Assembly (NCBI GenBank): GCA_951406725.2
Contig: OX597820.1
Coordinates: forward strand, 47,430,001 to 47,494,000
DNA from: Octopus vulgaris
Taxonomy: Eukaryota
Length of the DNA stretch: 64,000 nucleotides
Reading direction: 5' to 3'
A model generated the notes under the pieces. It saw nothing but the letters and a program-made list of their open reading frames with translations. It had not been told where the DNA came from and searched no databases. Made by a program: the position numbers and the translations under genes. Shown piece by piece: positions 52,946 through 64,000 of this stretch; position 1 is the stretch's first letter; each line of letters opens with the position of its first letter.

Positions 52946-53124
52946 AACGCAAAACATCCAGACAGACGATACAAAGAAAACAAGGACGAGTCATTCGGAG
53001 TTTTCTTTCTTCAGTCGAGAACCAGCCGAAATTGTAAAGATAATCAGGAACTCGACTGAGGAAAGAAAACTCCGAATGACCTGTCCTTGTTTTCTTTCTA
53101 TCATCCGTCTGGATCTTTTGCGTT
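52946..53124. repeat. Inverted repeat (74-bp arms) of a probable PLE terminus between (TA) runs
   Basis: Arms 52946-53019 and 53051-53124; spacer contains gccgaaattg. Confidence 0.7.
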
Positions 53125-53135
53125 CTTCTCTAATT

Positions 53136-53256
<121 letters not shown>

Positions 53257-53284
53257 AACACATACACACATACACACATATGTA

Positions 53285-53475
53285 TGTATATGTGTGTCTG
53301 TGCTTGTCTCCCACCATCACTTGACAACCGATATTGGTGTGTTTACGTCCCGGTAACTTAGCAGTTGGGCTAAAGAGGACGATAAACGAAGTACTAGGTT
53401 TACAAAGGGTAAGTCCTGGTGGTGTACCAGTATGGTCGCAGTCAAATGACTGAAAAATTATAAGAAATAAAAGAT
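53285..53475 (+). mobile_element. SINE family C, 3' half
   Basis: cttgacaaccga...gtcaaatgactgaaa. Confidence 0.75.
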
Positions 53476-53888
53476 AAAAATATATACATACATATATATA
53501 TATATATACATACATATATGTATACATAAATGTATATACACATATAAATCCATCCATCCATACATACATACTATATTTTCATTGATAGTTACCAGAAGCA
53601 ACAGAATGACTCAAGGCCCAAGAGTGTTGTAAGTTAGAACTTCACCAATCCTGTAAATAATTTATAAACGCACACAATATGTATATATGTATGCATACGT
53701 ATATGTTATGTATGTTTGCACGTATGCATATGTATATAATATAATATAATGTAATATAATATAATATGCATACGTATACAAGGGCAAAAGAAAAATTCTA
53801 ATGCCAAATATGCCGAAACAAAAAATTGTCGACAACCATTATAATTTATGCGTCTCGAAACAAACCGATAGAAATCTCTAAAAAAATT

Positions 53889-53959
53889 CGTTATTACCGT
53901 ATTGGTCCAATTTCGGGGTTAATTCATAAGAAATTTTCCCCTCTTCAGCGGCTAACACG
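53889..53959 (-). ncRNA. Type I hammerhead ribozyme (canonical core)
   Basis: GCCG-CUGAAGA-GGGG..CCCC-GAAA-UUGGACCAA-UA-CGGU. Confidence 0.8.
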
Positions 53960-54097
53960 CGAGATATAAGTGAAATACTTACTCATACCCATGGAAAAAG
54001 TAAGCACTAAGTCCTGGGCAGACTTAAGTACCCCAAATATATTCAAAATAGAAAAATCTTCGGCACATCTCGAGACACGTATTTCACTTATATCTCG

Positions 54098-54168
54098 CGT
54101 GTTTGCCGCTGAAGAGGGAAAATTTTCTTTTGAATTAACCCCGAAATTGGACCAATACGGTAATAACG
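54098..54168 (+). ncRNA. Type I hammerhead ribozyme (canonical core)
   Basis: UUGCCG-CUGAAGA-GGG..CCC-GAAA-UUGG-A-CCAA-UA-CGGUAA; predicted cut after 54157. Confidence 0.8.
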
Positions 54169-54457
54169 AATTTTTTTAGAGATTTCTATCGGTTTGTTTC
54201 GAGGCGCATAAATTATAATGGTTATTGACAATTTTTCATTTCGGCATATTTGGCATTAGAATTTTTCTTTTGCCCTTATCTTGTAAATTATTTATAAATT
54301 TAATCTTTAAAAGTATTTTCCCGAAAAAATTTTTATCCTACATAAGTCATATATATATATATATATATGACACATTACAATCACACACGCATGTGTGTTT
54401 GTACGCGCGTGCGCGCATGTATATATATGTGTGTGTGCGCGTAAGTGTGTATATACA

Positions 54458-54521
<64 letters not shown>

Positions 54522-54602
54522 CATAGAGGGAAATGCATAATCTGCACATCTATTCTTGAAACAGCTGTAAGAGACTATCAGCACATCTCCTACCTTCCTT
54601 TT

Positions 54603-54860
54603 TTCGGTTAAGCATTTTGCCCGGCGTATTAATGATTTTACAAGCTAACCTGAAAATATTAACACAGCCACACAAACACACACACATGTATACATATATA
54701 CGATAGGCTTCTTTCAGTTTCCGTCTACCAAATCCACTCACAAGGCTTTGGTCGGCCCGAGGTTATAGTAGAAGATACTTGCCCAAGGTGTCACGCAGTG
54801 GGACTGAACCCGGAACTATGTGGTTGGTAAGCAAGCTACTTACCACACAGCCACTCCTAC
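54603..54860 (-). mobile_element. SINE C 5' half plus SINE M head; inverted duplicate of 55613-55870
   Basis: Shares the same chimeric junction sequence. Confidence 0.8.
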
Positions 54861-55157
54861 ATATATACGTGTGTGTATATGTATAGTTATATATATATAT
54901 ATACATATACATATTTATACTGACACACACACATATATATATATATATATGCACACATACACAAACACAAAATACAGTATGCGTTCCATATGTTCAATAT
55001 ACGAGATAGGAAGAAACATATTTATTGAGATACAGCATATTAAGACAATTTAATAGAGAAGAGGCGGAAAGAGGTAACTATGTGTTTGTGTGTTTCGTGC
55101 GTTTATATGTGTATGTATTTCTGTATATGTAAGCACACACACGCATATTCACACACA

Positions 55158-55210
<53 letters not shown>

Positions 55211-55310
55211 TCATGCATAAATAGCATTTGTGACGACGAGAGAACAAAGAGAAAAATACCAAAGGGAAGTTTACAGCTAACCTAAAGAGAGTGAGATGTA
55301 TAAACGGGCG

Positions 55311-55363
<53 letters not shown>

Positions 55364-55608
55364 TGTGATTTAATTACCTGATTTAATTTGTATATTTATT
55401 AGTTTATAACATAACCAGAATCTAGTCAGATATGTAGGTGTCAGCCACGGTTGTTGTTGCTGTGGTTGTGGCTGTGGCTGTTGTTGTTGTTGCTGTTTAC
55501 GATGTTGTTTATGATATTGCTGTAGTTGTTATTGGTGTTGTTTACGATACTGTTGCTGATGCTGTTGTTTGTCTCAGATTAACTCGTAACAGCCAGAACC
55601 ATAATCAG

Positions 55609-56033
55609 AGGCGTAGGAGTGGCTGTGTGGTAAGTAGCTTGCTTACCAACCACATGGTTCCGGGTCCAGTCTCACTGCGTGGCACCTTGGGCAAGTGTCT
55701 TCTACTATAGCATCGGGCCGACCAAAGCCTTGTGAGTGGATTTGGTAGACGGAAACTGAAAGAAGCCCATCGTATATATGTATATATGTGTGTGTGTTTG
55801 TGTGGCTGGGTTAATATTTTCAGGTTAGGTTGTAGAATCGTTAATACGCCAGGCAAAATGCTTAACCGAATTTCGTCCGTCTTTACGTTCTGAGTTCAAA
55901 TTCTGTCACGGTCGACTTTACCTTTCATTCTTTTGAAGTTGGCTAAATAAGTACCAGTCGAGCACTGGGCTCAATGTAATCGACTTTCCCCCTCCCACGA
56001 AATTGCTAGCATTGTGCGAAAATTTGAAATCAT
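55609..56033 (+). mobile_element. SINE C 5' half followed by SINE M
   Basis: Head ggcgtaggagtggctgtgtgg; SINE M from ~55825. Confidence 0.85.
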
Positions 56034-56040
56034 TATTTTC

Positions 56041-56255
56041 AGGTGAAAAATGTTATTTTGTGCTATGTCATATACGTCACGCTTTTTGGACCTTCTTCAA
56101 AAATTCAACATAAATTTTTGGTAAAAAATTTTTGCTTGAAACATGTTGGGTTAGTCCAACAGAATTTTTTTTTACCTGGAATTTATGTTGAATCTTTATG
56201 AAGATCCAAAAAGTGTGACGTGTGTGACATTGCACAAATATAACTTTTTGCACCT
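56041..56255. mobile_element. Diverged palindromic MITE-like element
   Basis: ~76-bp imperfect arms aggtgaaaaatgtta...caacataaatt / aatttatgttg...taactttttgcacct. Confidence 0.65.
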
Positions 56256-56619
56256 AAAAATATTAACTTTTAATTCCTCTGAATTTCTCAAGAGCATCAA
56301 AAAATGCCCCATAATGTTTTCTTACATTGATAGACTGAAAAAAAGTGTAAGAATATTGGATCGGGAGTATTGCGAAATTTGTTCCAGCTCTTTGCCTTCT
56401 GAGTTCAAATCCCACCAGGGTCTACTCGGGTGGTAAACTTAAGCCGTCAGCCAGTTAAATAAGATTACCTGATATCATGAATGCTTTTAACGGAGCCCAC
56501 TCTGTTTTCGGGTCAGGTCTCCAGTTTGGGGATAACTTCCTCCCTCGCTACTTCGCTCCCTCCCACTGGTTTCAGAGTTCTTGTAAAGAGTCATGCGTAC
56601 TATTTTCTCTCTTGACTAC

Positions 56620-56990
56620 ATTTTACTTGCTTCAGTCATTGGACCGCAGCCATGTTAGGGCACTGCCTTGAAATATTTTAGACGAATGAATCGTCTCCTC
56701 TAGTTTTTGATATCTTACAAGCTTGCCACTTAATCTATTGGTCTCTTTTACCCGAACTGCTAAGATACGTGGACGTAAACAAACCAACACCGACTGTCAA
56801 GAGGTGGTGACACACAGACAGACACACACACATATATACATATATATATACGAAGGTTTTCTTTCAGTTTCCGTCTATCAAATCCACTCACAAAACTTTA
56901 GTCGGTTCGCGGTGTCATGCAGTGTCCCTCGCTGTGTGACTGAACCCAGGACCATGCGGTTGGGAAATGAACATTTTACCACACAGCCGC
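56620..56990 (-). mobile_element. SINE family C, diverged
   Basis: Homology to family. Confidence 0.75.
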
Positions 56991-57315
56991 AGAAAAAATC
57001 CCAATAAATCAAAGAAATATCCTGTAACAATATTCAGAAAATATTTTTAATTCTTCTGAGTTCCACCTTAAGAAACAACATTTAACTCTGAGTTCAAATT
57101 TGCTTTTTTGACCGATAAACCTGTGTAGAGTACAAACCTCAGTAGAGTACGAGAGTAATCAGTAATTTCCTGAATGGCGTACCACATAGATTCTCCCATT
57201 TTACCCACACTTTTCGACTTATGTCAACAAGGCGTTCCCATGCTTCTTCAAAACATACAGGCAGCGTCACATGCCGATAATATCAAACTTTGATTTGCTC
57301 ACCATTCTCTAGAAA

Positions 57316-57439
57316 CAGGAGTGGCTGTGTGGTAAGTAGCTTGTCTACCAGCCACCTTGGGCAAGTGTCCTCTACTATAGTCCCGGGCCGACCAAAGCCT
57401 TGTGAGTGGATTTGATAGACGGAAACTGAAAGAAGCCCG

Positions 57440-57484
<45 letters not shown>

Positions 57485-57707
57485 TGTGTGTGTTTGTGTG
57501 TCTGTTTGCCCCCTAGCATTGCTTGACAACCGATGCTGGTGTGTTTATGTCCCCGTTACTTAGCGGTTCGGCAAAAGAGACCGAAAGAATAAGTAGTGGG
57601 CTTACAAAAGAATAAGTCCCGGGGTCGAGTTGCTCGATTAAAGGCGGTGCTCCAGCATGGCCACAGTCAAATGACTGAAACAAGTAAAAGAGTAAAAGAG
57701 TAAAGAG
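57316..57707 (+). mobile_element. SINE family C
   Basis: Near full length; tail of gtaaaaga repeats. Confidence 0.88.
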
Positions 57708-57862
57708 TATTTAGCCTTATGTAAACCTCAGTAAAAGGATGGCTCTACAACAATAAACTTCTCTCTTCATATCAACAAGACCAGAGAGCACCAGGTACAT
57801 CCAATCATTACACTGAATAACATAAACGTATTACTGAGAGACAGATCGATCGTTATATCTCT

Positions 57863-58046
57863 TCTACTCTTTTACTTCTTTCAGTTATTTTGACTGTGGC
57901 CATGCTGGAGCACCGCCTTTTAGTCGAAGATATCTACTCCTGGACTTATTCTTTGTAAACCTGGTACTTATTCTATCGGTCTCTTTTGCCGAACCGTTAA
58001 ATTATGGGAACGTAAACACACCAGCATCGATTGTCAAGCGATGGTG

Positions 58047-58095
<49 letters not shown>

Positions 58096-58253
58096 CAAGC
58101 TTCTTTCAGTTTCCGTCTACCAAATCCACTCACAAGGCTTTGGTCGAGCCAAGGCTATAGTAGAAGACACTTGCCCAAGGTGCCACGCAGTAGAACTGAA
58201 CCCGGAACCATGTGGTTGGGAAGCAAGCTTCGTAACACACAGCCACTCCTGTG

Positions 58254-58256
<3 letters not shown>
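57863..58256 (-). mobile_element. SINE family C
   Basis: Full-length reverse copy. Confidence 0.88.
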
Positions 58257-58306
<50 letters not shown>

Positions 58307-58559
58307 CATAGAGAGAGAAAGAGAGAGAGAGAGGAAGAGAGAGAAAAGACAAAAATACTTGAAGTTACTACAATTCTCTCACAACATTTGCAACAAGCAT
58401 AGGAGACCACAGCGTACAACCATACGTAGAAACAATCGCGAGTTCCAACTGGCTGCCAGATCGATAAGTCAGTGTAATGAAGAGTACAAGCTTAAGTAGA
58501 GTACAAGAATAGCATTTTTCAGAACCTGCAAGTCGCAGGTGCTACATTTTGACATGAGG

Positions 58560-58730
58560 AAAAAAGGAGAAGCAACAACACTGGTGTACAGAAAACACAT
58601 GTGTGTTCGTAATAAATTATACAAGTACTGCTGCAATCGATTCACAGCAAACCACAGTAAACTACAAAGACTGCGAAACTGCGCTCCACGTATTATAACA
58701 CGTTGTGCATGGAGCTCAACCACAGACCAC
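58560..58730 (+). pseudogene. Possible old LINE post-RT remnant
   Basis: KLQRLRNCAPRIITRC resembles the LQxxQNxAxRxITG motif. Confidence 0.35.
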
Positions 58731-58750
58731 CAACACAACAGAACAAAATA

Positions 58751-59131
58751 TTGACTTCCAATTTTGGCACAAGGCCAACAAGTTCGGGAGAGGGGTAAGC
58801 CATCTACATCGACCCCTGTACGCAACTTGGTTCTTATTTTATCGACCCTGAAAGAATGAAAGGCAAAGTCAATTTCTGCGGAATTCGAACTCAGAACATA
58901 AAGACGGACGAAATGTTGCTAAGCATTTTACCTGGCGTGCTAACGATTCTTCTAGCACGCCGCCCTATACCGAAATAGTATTGATTTCAAATTTTGGCAC
59001 GAGGCCAGTAAATTCGGAGGAGGGAATAAGTCGCTTACATCGACTCCAGTACTCAACTGGTACTTATGTTATAGACCCCGAGGGGATGAAAGGTAAAGTC
59101 GACTTCGGCGGAATTTGAACTCAGAACGTAA
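58751..59131 (-). mobile_element. Two tandem SINE family M copies
   Basis: Tails at 58751 and 58980; the second copy is 5'-truncated. Confidence 0.8.
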
Positions 59132-59777
59132 AAACCACATCGTAAGTGGTGATATTGGAAATAATGTAATTTAAACAGTCGTATAAAAAGAGCTTTTATA
59201 GTATAGGTGCTAGCATTAATAGTCAATAGTGCTGTTGTTTAAGTGGTAGTATTTATACTGCCCTTCTTTAGGAGGTAGCATCAGTTACACAAAAGATGAT
59301 ACTATCATTAAAGTTGTAGTTTAGGTGGTGGTATTCGCAGTTTTGCAGTTTAGGAGGTAGTATTAGTAGTAGTTTAGGTTAGGTGGTACTTTTATTTGAT
59401 TAGATTAGGAAGAGTTAATCTCGTTATCAATTCTAAAGCAATTTTCCTTTCATCTTATCTGATCAAATTATCGATCTTAACCAATCATGACGATGGTTGT
59501 GGTAGTGGTGGTGGGGATTGTAGTAGTGGTGGTAGTGTTAGTAACAAGTAGAAGGGGCGTTAATAGGCAGACTGGTAGTGGTAGTGTCGTTGTTGATGGT
59601 GAGTTGGTGATGGTGCTGCTAGTTGTATTAGTGGTGGTGGGAGTTGTGATATTGTTAATGTTAGAGTAGGTGACGGTGGCGTTGGAGTTCGTTACGGTGG
59701 TGTGGTGATAGATGTCATGCTGATGTGTGAGTGTGTGTATGTATGCGTGTATGTATGTATGTGTGTGTATGTGTGTG

Positions 59778-59831
<54 letters not shown>

Positions 59832-59834
<3 letters not shown>

Positions 59835-60012
59835 CTGTGTGGTGAGAAGCTTGCTTCCCATCACATGGTTCCGGGTTCAGTTCCACTGCGTGGCACATTA
59901 GGCATTGTAGAAAAAATACCAGGCTTGAAAAATAAGAACTGGGGTCGATTTGTTCAAGGCGGTACCCAAGCATGACCTCCGTCAGCAGTCAAATGACCAA
60001 AAGAAGTAAAAG
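59832..60012 (+). mobile_element. SINE family C, deleted and diverged
   Basis: Head and tail motifs present. Confidence 0.65.
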
Positions 60013-60806
60013 GTATAAAGATACGTACAACATCATTAAGAGAGGTTTGAAAGTTTTGTCGTTCATCAAGAAAAAGAAAATGTTTAATCAGTCGGGTGTA
60101 ATTTTCAAGCGCCAGTCCGGTCAGTTCCAAAAAGTTTCAACAATGTGGCCAGTTTAAAAAAGGTAGGAAAAATGCTTAAAGATTTGTTTTTTTGCCTTTT
60201 CTCTCGACACATGTGGTTGAGTGTGGCTTCATTTATGCTGTTTCCTAGAACAAATCCAGGAACGCAATTGGTATGAAGTGACATCCAAATGCCATTATCA
60301 AATTTAGATTTGGATATCATGAAATTTGCAGAGATGCACCAATTACAAGGATCGCTTGTGTCTGATAAATGTTTAAAGTTGAAAATTTCATGCAGCGTTT
60401 TATTAAACTTTTTTTTCCAGCATGTTCGAATGTTAAAGTTTTGTTGGCTTTAAATAATAAATGATGTTCTATCCATTATTGTTCACATTGTGTCTTTGTT
60501 TTACAAACGGCCCTGCAACATGGAAAGACCTTCTGAAAGGTTTGTGATCCAAAAAAAAGGTTAAAAATGGCTGCTGTAAACAGGAAGTTGCAGTCTCATC
60601 AACCTTCTGTACTTTATGTTAGTTCACAATTTTCTCATTATTTATCGTTATGTCAATTTCGGGAATGTTTTACAAGACAGCTTAAGCTAGAAGATTGCTT
60701 TTCGAGTCTTATGTATTCCGATTTTATGTTTTCGTGTTTTATATTTTACGCGTACATAAAGCTGTTTATAGAATTTTGCTTTATTTTCTCCCAATTACCA
60801 TTACTC

Positions 60807-60880
<74 letters not shown>

Positions 60881-60970
60881 ATGTACATATGTATGTATGT
60901 ACACACACACATATATATAAACATATATATACATATACACACGGTTTTATGCTAACTTATTCTAAGTATG

Positions 60971-61020
<50 letters not shown>

Positions 61021-61064
61021 CACACACACGCACATTTTGTATTAGTCTAGATAAAGTGCATATT

Positions 61065-61149
<85 letters not shown>

Positions 61150-61770
61150 TCTATTCTATTCTATTCTATTTTGTCTATATTTTTCAGCAAATCCGGTTAC
61201 AGAATGCTATTTTGCAAGAGACAAAACATGTTACATTATGGAAATACATCAACGCACTGGAAAATTGAATAACTGCAGTTCAAATCTGAGACTTTCGCTG
61301 TGTAGAATAGAGATAAGTTGCCGGCGTCCACTGTACGTTTTCGACCCTTAACCAATACTTTTTCGGTTAGTTCTCTTCACCTGCATCGCAAATACTTTTA
61401 GGAAAGAAACGAACATCACAAAATTACATTTACCCACCACAAGAAAAACGGGTACATGCAAGTCACAGTGTTTCTTTCTATTTTGAAACCCACGTTCCCA
61501 GAAACTGTGCTGGGTTTAGGGTGTCTTCAGTGAGAGTGACGTATCTTTGAATAGGACCTTAGACTCAATTTAAACGGCTGCTGAAGATTCTGACAAATCG
61601 ACTTTTGTCAGGGATTCTCAACCAACGCAATGCCTCCTAATCGAAGAATTAGCTAGCCTTAACAGACGCTAGTAGATCCCTCAAAGATATGAAGAAAAAT
61701 ATCCAAATATACAAAAGATCAAGAAATGGAAAAATAGCCAGAATACGGCGGCTGAAGGTAAACAATTCTT

Positions 61771-62002
61771 ATTTCTTTATTGCTCACAAGGGGCTAAACA
61801 CTGAGAGGACAAACAAGGACAGACAAACGGATTAAGTCGATTACATCGACCCCAGTGCATAACTGGTACTTAATTTATCGACCCCGAAAGGATGAAAGGT
61901 AAAGTCGACCTCGGCGGAATTTGAACTCAGAACGTAACGGCAGACGAAATACCGTTGAGCATTTCGCCCGGCGTACTAACGTTTCTGCCAGCTCGCCGCG
62001 TT
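61771..62002 (-). mobile_element. SINE family M monomer (B-type tail) with 18-bp TSD
   Basis: TSD tgaaggtaaacaattctt at 61753-61770 and 62003-62020. Confidence 0.9.
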
Positions 62003-62191
62003 TGAAGGTAAACAATTCTTGTAATAAGAAAGCCTGAGGGAATAATTAAAAAAACATGCAGATAAAAACGTAACAAAAATCACAGGCCTCATACACACCA
62101 TACAGAAAATAGTTTGAACACAAGAAGGTACTGCATTTCATCAACTGTTGGTTATGTATTAAAATCACATATTGAAAATAAGACAACTGAA

Positions 62192-62490
62192 ATACTACTA
62201 CTACTACAAGTTTTTCATTGGCCTCCTTCGGCCAGAACTGACCAAGAGTAGTATCCTTGCAGTTTTCAGCTCGGCTGGAACTGCGTCTCCGATGGCTAAA
62301 CAGACATGTATGTGAGTAACAGTCTCTGTTACATATCACACATTTGAATAAGGTGTTGTGAGTTTGTCGAAGTAACTGCGCTCCTTTTGCCGGTCTCACT
62401 TGTCTGCTGCTGTGCTCATTAACCGCTTTTCCCCCGACTTGAGGTGTTCATTCAGGCTGCTCTTCCATGTTGACCAGTCAGCTGCGATTA
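62192..62490 (-). mobile_element. RTE-clade LINE 3' end
   Basis: AADWSTWKSSLNEHLKSGE...FKCVICNRDCYSHTCLFSHRRR (C-terminal C2H2-like finger); short UTR ending in (TAG)n. Confidence 0.75.
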
Positions 62491-62505
62491 ACTAATACTA
62501 TTAGT

Positions 62506-62720
62506 AATCCTTTCTATTATAGGCACAAGGCCTGAAATTATAGGGAAAGGGGTCTAGTCGACAACATCAACTCCAGTGCTCAACTGGTACTTATTTCATC
62601 GACCTCGAAATGATGAAAGGAAAAGTCTATCTCAGAGAGATTTGAACTCAAAATATAGAAAGCTGGAACAAGCATCCTAAAGCAGTTTGTTCCAATACTC
62701 TAGTAATTCTGTCAAATCCA
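62506..62720 (-). mobile_element. SINE family M, diverged
   Basis: Core gatgaaaggaaaagtc and tail. Confidence 0.7.
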
Positions 62721-63689
62721 CTAATCTTTGACAATTATTTCTAATACAAGTGCTAGGTCAGAATTTTCTGGTAGAAGAAGGGTGAGGATTAGAAGATTAC
62801 CTCAGCCCTAGTATATGACAGGTACTTTATTTTTACCGACCGTGTAGAAATGAGAGATAAAGTCGATTCATGGTAGGTGGTGAAAAATTGTGTCGACAAC
62901 TACGATGACGATGAGAATGCTGATGGCGAGGAAGACAGTGATGATGACGATGATGATGATGACAGATATGTTGACGACGATTGGGGTGATTTTGGTTTTG
63001 ATAATTTTGCTGCTATAGCTGATGTGGATGAATGATGATGATGATATGATGATAATGATGACGACAACAACGATGATGATGGTGATGATGATAATCATGG
63101 TGGGATTACTGCTGTTGATGATGATGATGATGAGGATGCTGTTGGCACTGTTGCCGCTGCCGCTGCTGCTGCTGCTAAGAATGGTTATGACGGTAGCAGT
63201 AATGAAGATAGTGATGATGGCAGTCGTGACACAATGAAAGCGAAGAGGACAAGCGAAATTCGTCCATCCTTCTGTTAAATCCTCACCTCCATTACCCATC
63301 ACCACACCACCACCACCGCCACCACTATAACAACCACATCACCGCAACCATCACAATCGCCGCCGCCGCCGCCACTGTGTTCACCGCCACCTCCTCCGCC
63401 GCAATAACTAAATTTATTCATCCCAGAATACCTCAACACACAACACGAAGTCGCACGCAACACCACACCTATCTACTCCAAAGCAGCTGCCCACCGTACT
63501 CTTCTTTCTCCTCTCTCTCTCTCTCTCTCTCTCTCCCACTGTCTGTCTGTCTCTGTCTGTCTCTCTCATATCTCCCACTTCTACTCTCAAGTACTCTATA
63601 CCGCTTTTATGAATGGAAGAACAAAAGAACACGTTCAAAATTCTCACCATATTGGAATTATTCTACACACAGGTGCCATCCCGCGTACG

Positions 63690-63758
<69 letters not shown>

Positions 63759-63767
63759 GTATGTATG

Positions 63768-63801
<34 letters not shown>

Positions 63802-64000
63802 CATGTGCGTGTGTGTTTGCATAAGTATGTGTGTTTATGTTTTTGCATGCATGTAGGATTTTTCTAAGTGTTGGTCCACGCACACACGCACACACGCACA
63901 CACGCACACACATACACACACACACACATACACACTCATATACAAACATGTGCGTGTGCATGCATCTGTAAGCTTGTGCTTCTGTATGTACATGTAAATT

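Larger units (their letters stand above)
53780..54277. mobile_element. Palindromic non-coding element with 199-bp arms, each with a hammerhead
   Basis: Arms 53780-53978 and 54079-54277; 100-bp spacer. Confidence 0.8.

Noticed and set aside
61575-61620. CTGAAGA plus hairpin ctgacaaa/tttgtcag
   Set aside because: No GAAA or cleavage triplet after the hairpin.

Overview
AT-rich eukaryotic DNA dominated by microsatellites and transposable elements, with no recognisable host exon, so probably intronic or intergenic. The tRNA-derived SINE families resemble those I recall from Octopus, so an octopod origin is likely (inference, not a database result). Most ORFs in the supplied track are microsatellite artefacts. 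The coding remnants that look real are all mobile-element derived: a 5'-truncated Naiad-type Penelope-like element (PLE; RT C-terminus plus GIY-YIG, 33629-37705) in (TA)n, several R4/Dong-like RLE fragments, three Tc1/mariner remnants and an RTE tail. The strongest signal is non-coding. Nine hammerhead-ribozyme (HHR)-like motifs from about five families can be folded by eye. They occur in a 562-bp retrozyme-like element with direct repeats and a 14-bp TSD (16117-16678), in head-to-head palindromic mini-elements (52.3-54.3 kb) and at the end of a 2.4-kb PLE 3' UTR. Several share non-canonical cores (U at position 6 or C at position 4, extra A after A9). Also notable are SINE concatemers with one recurrent junction, a Foldback-like element with modular TIRs, and a cluster of inverted repeats at 52-58 kb.
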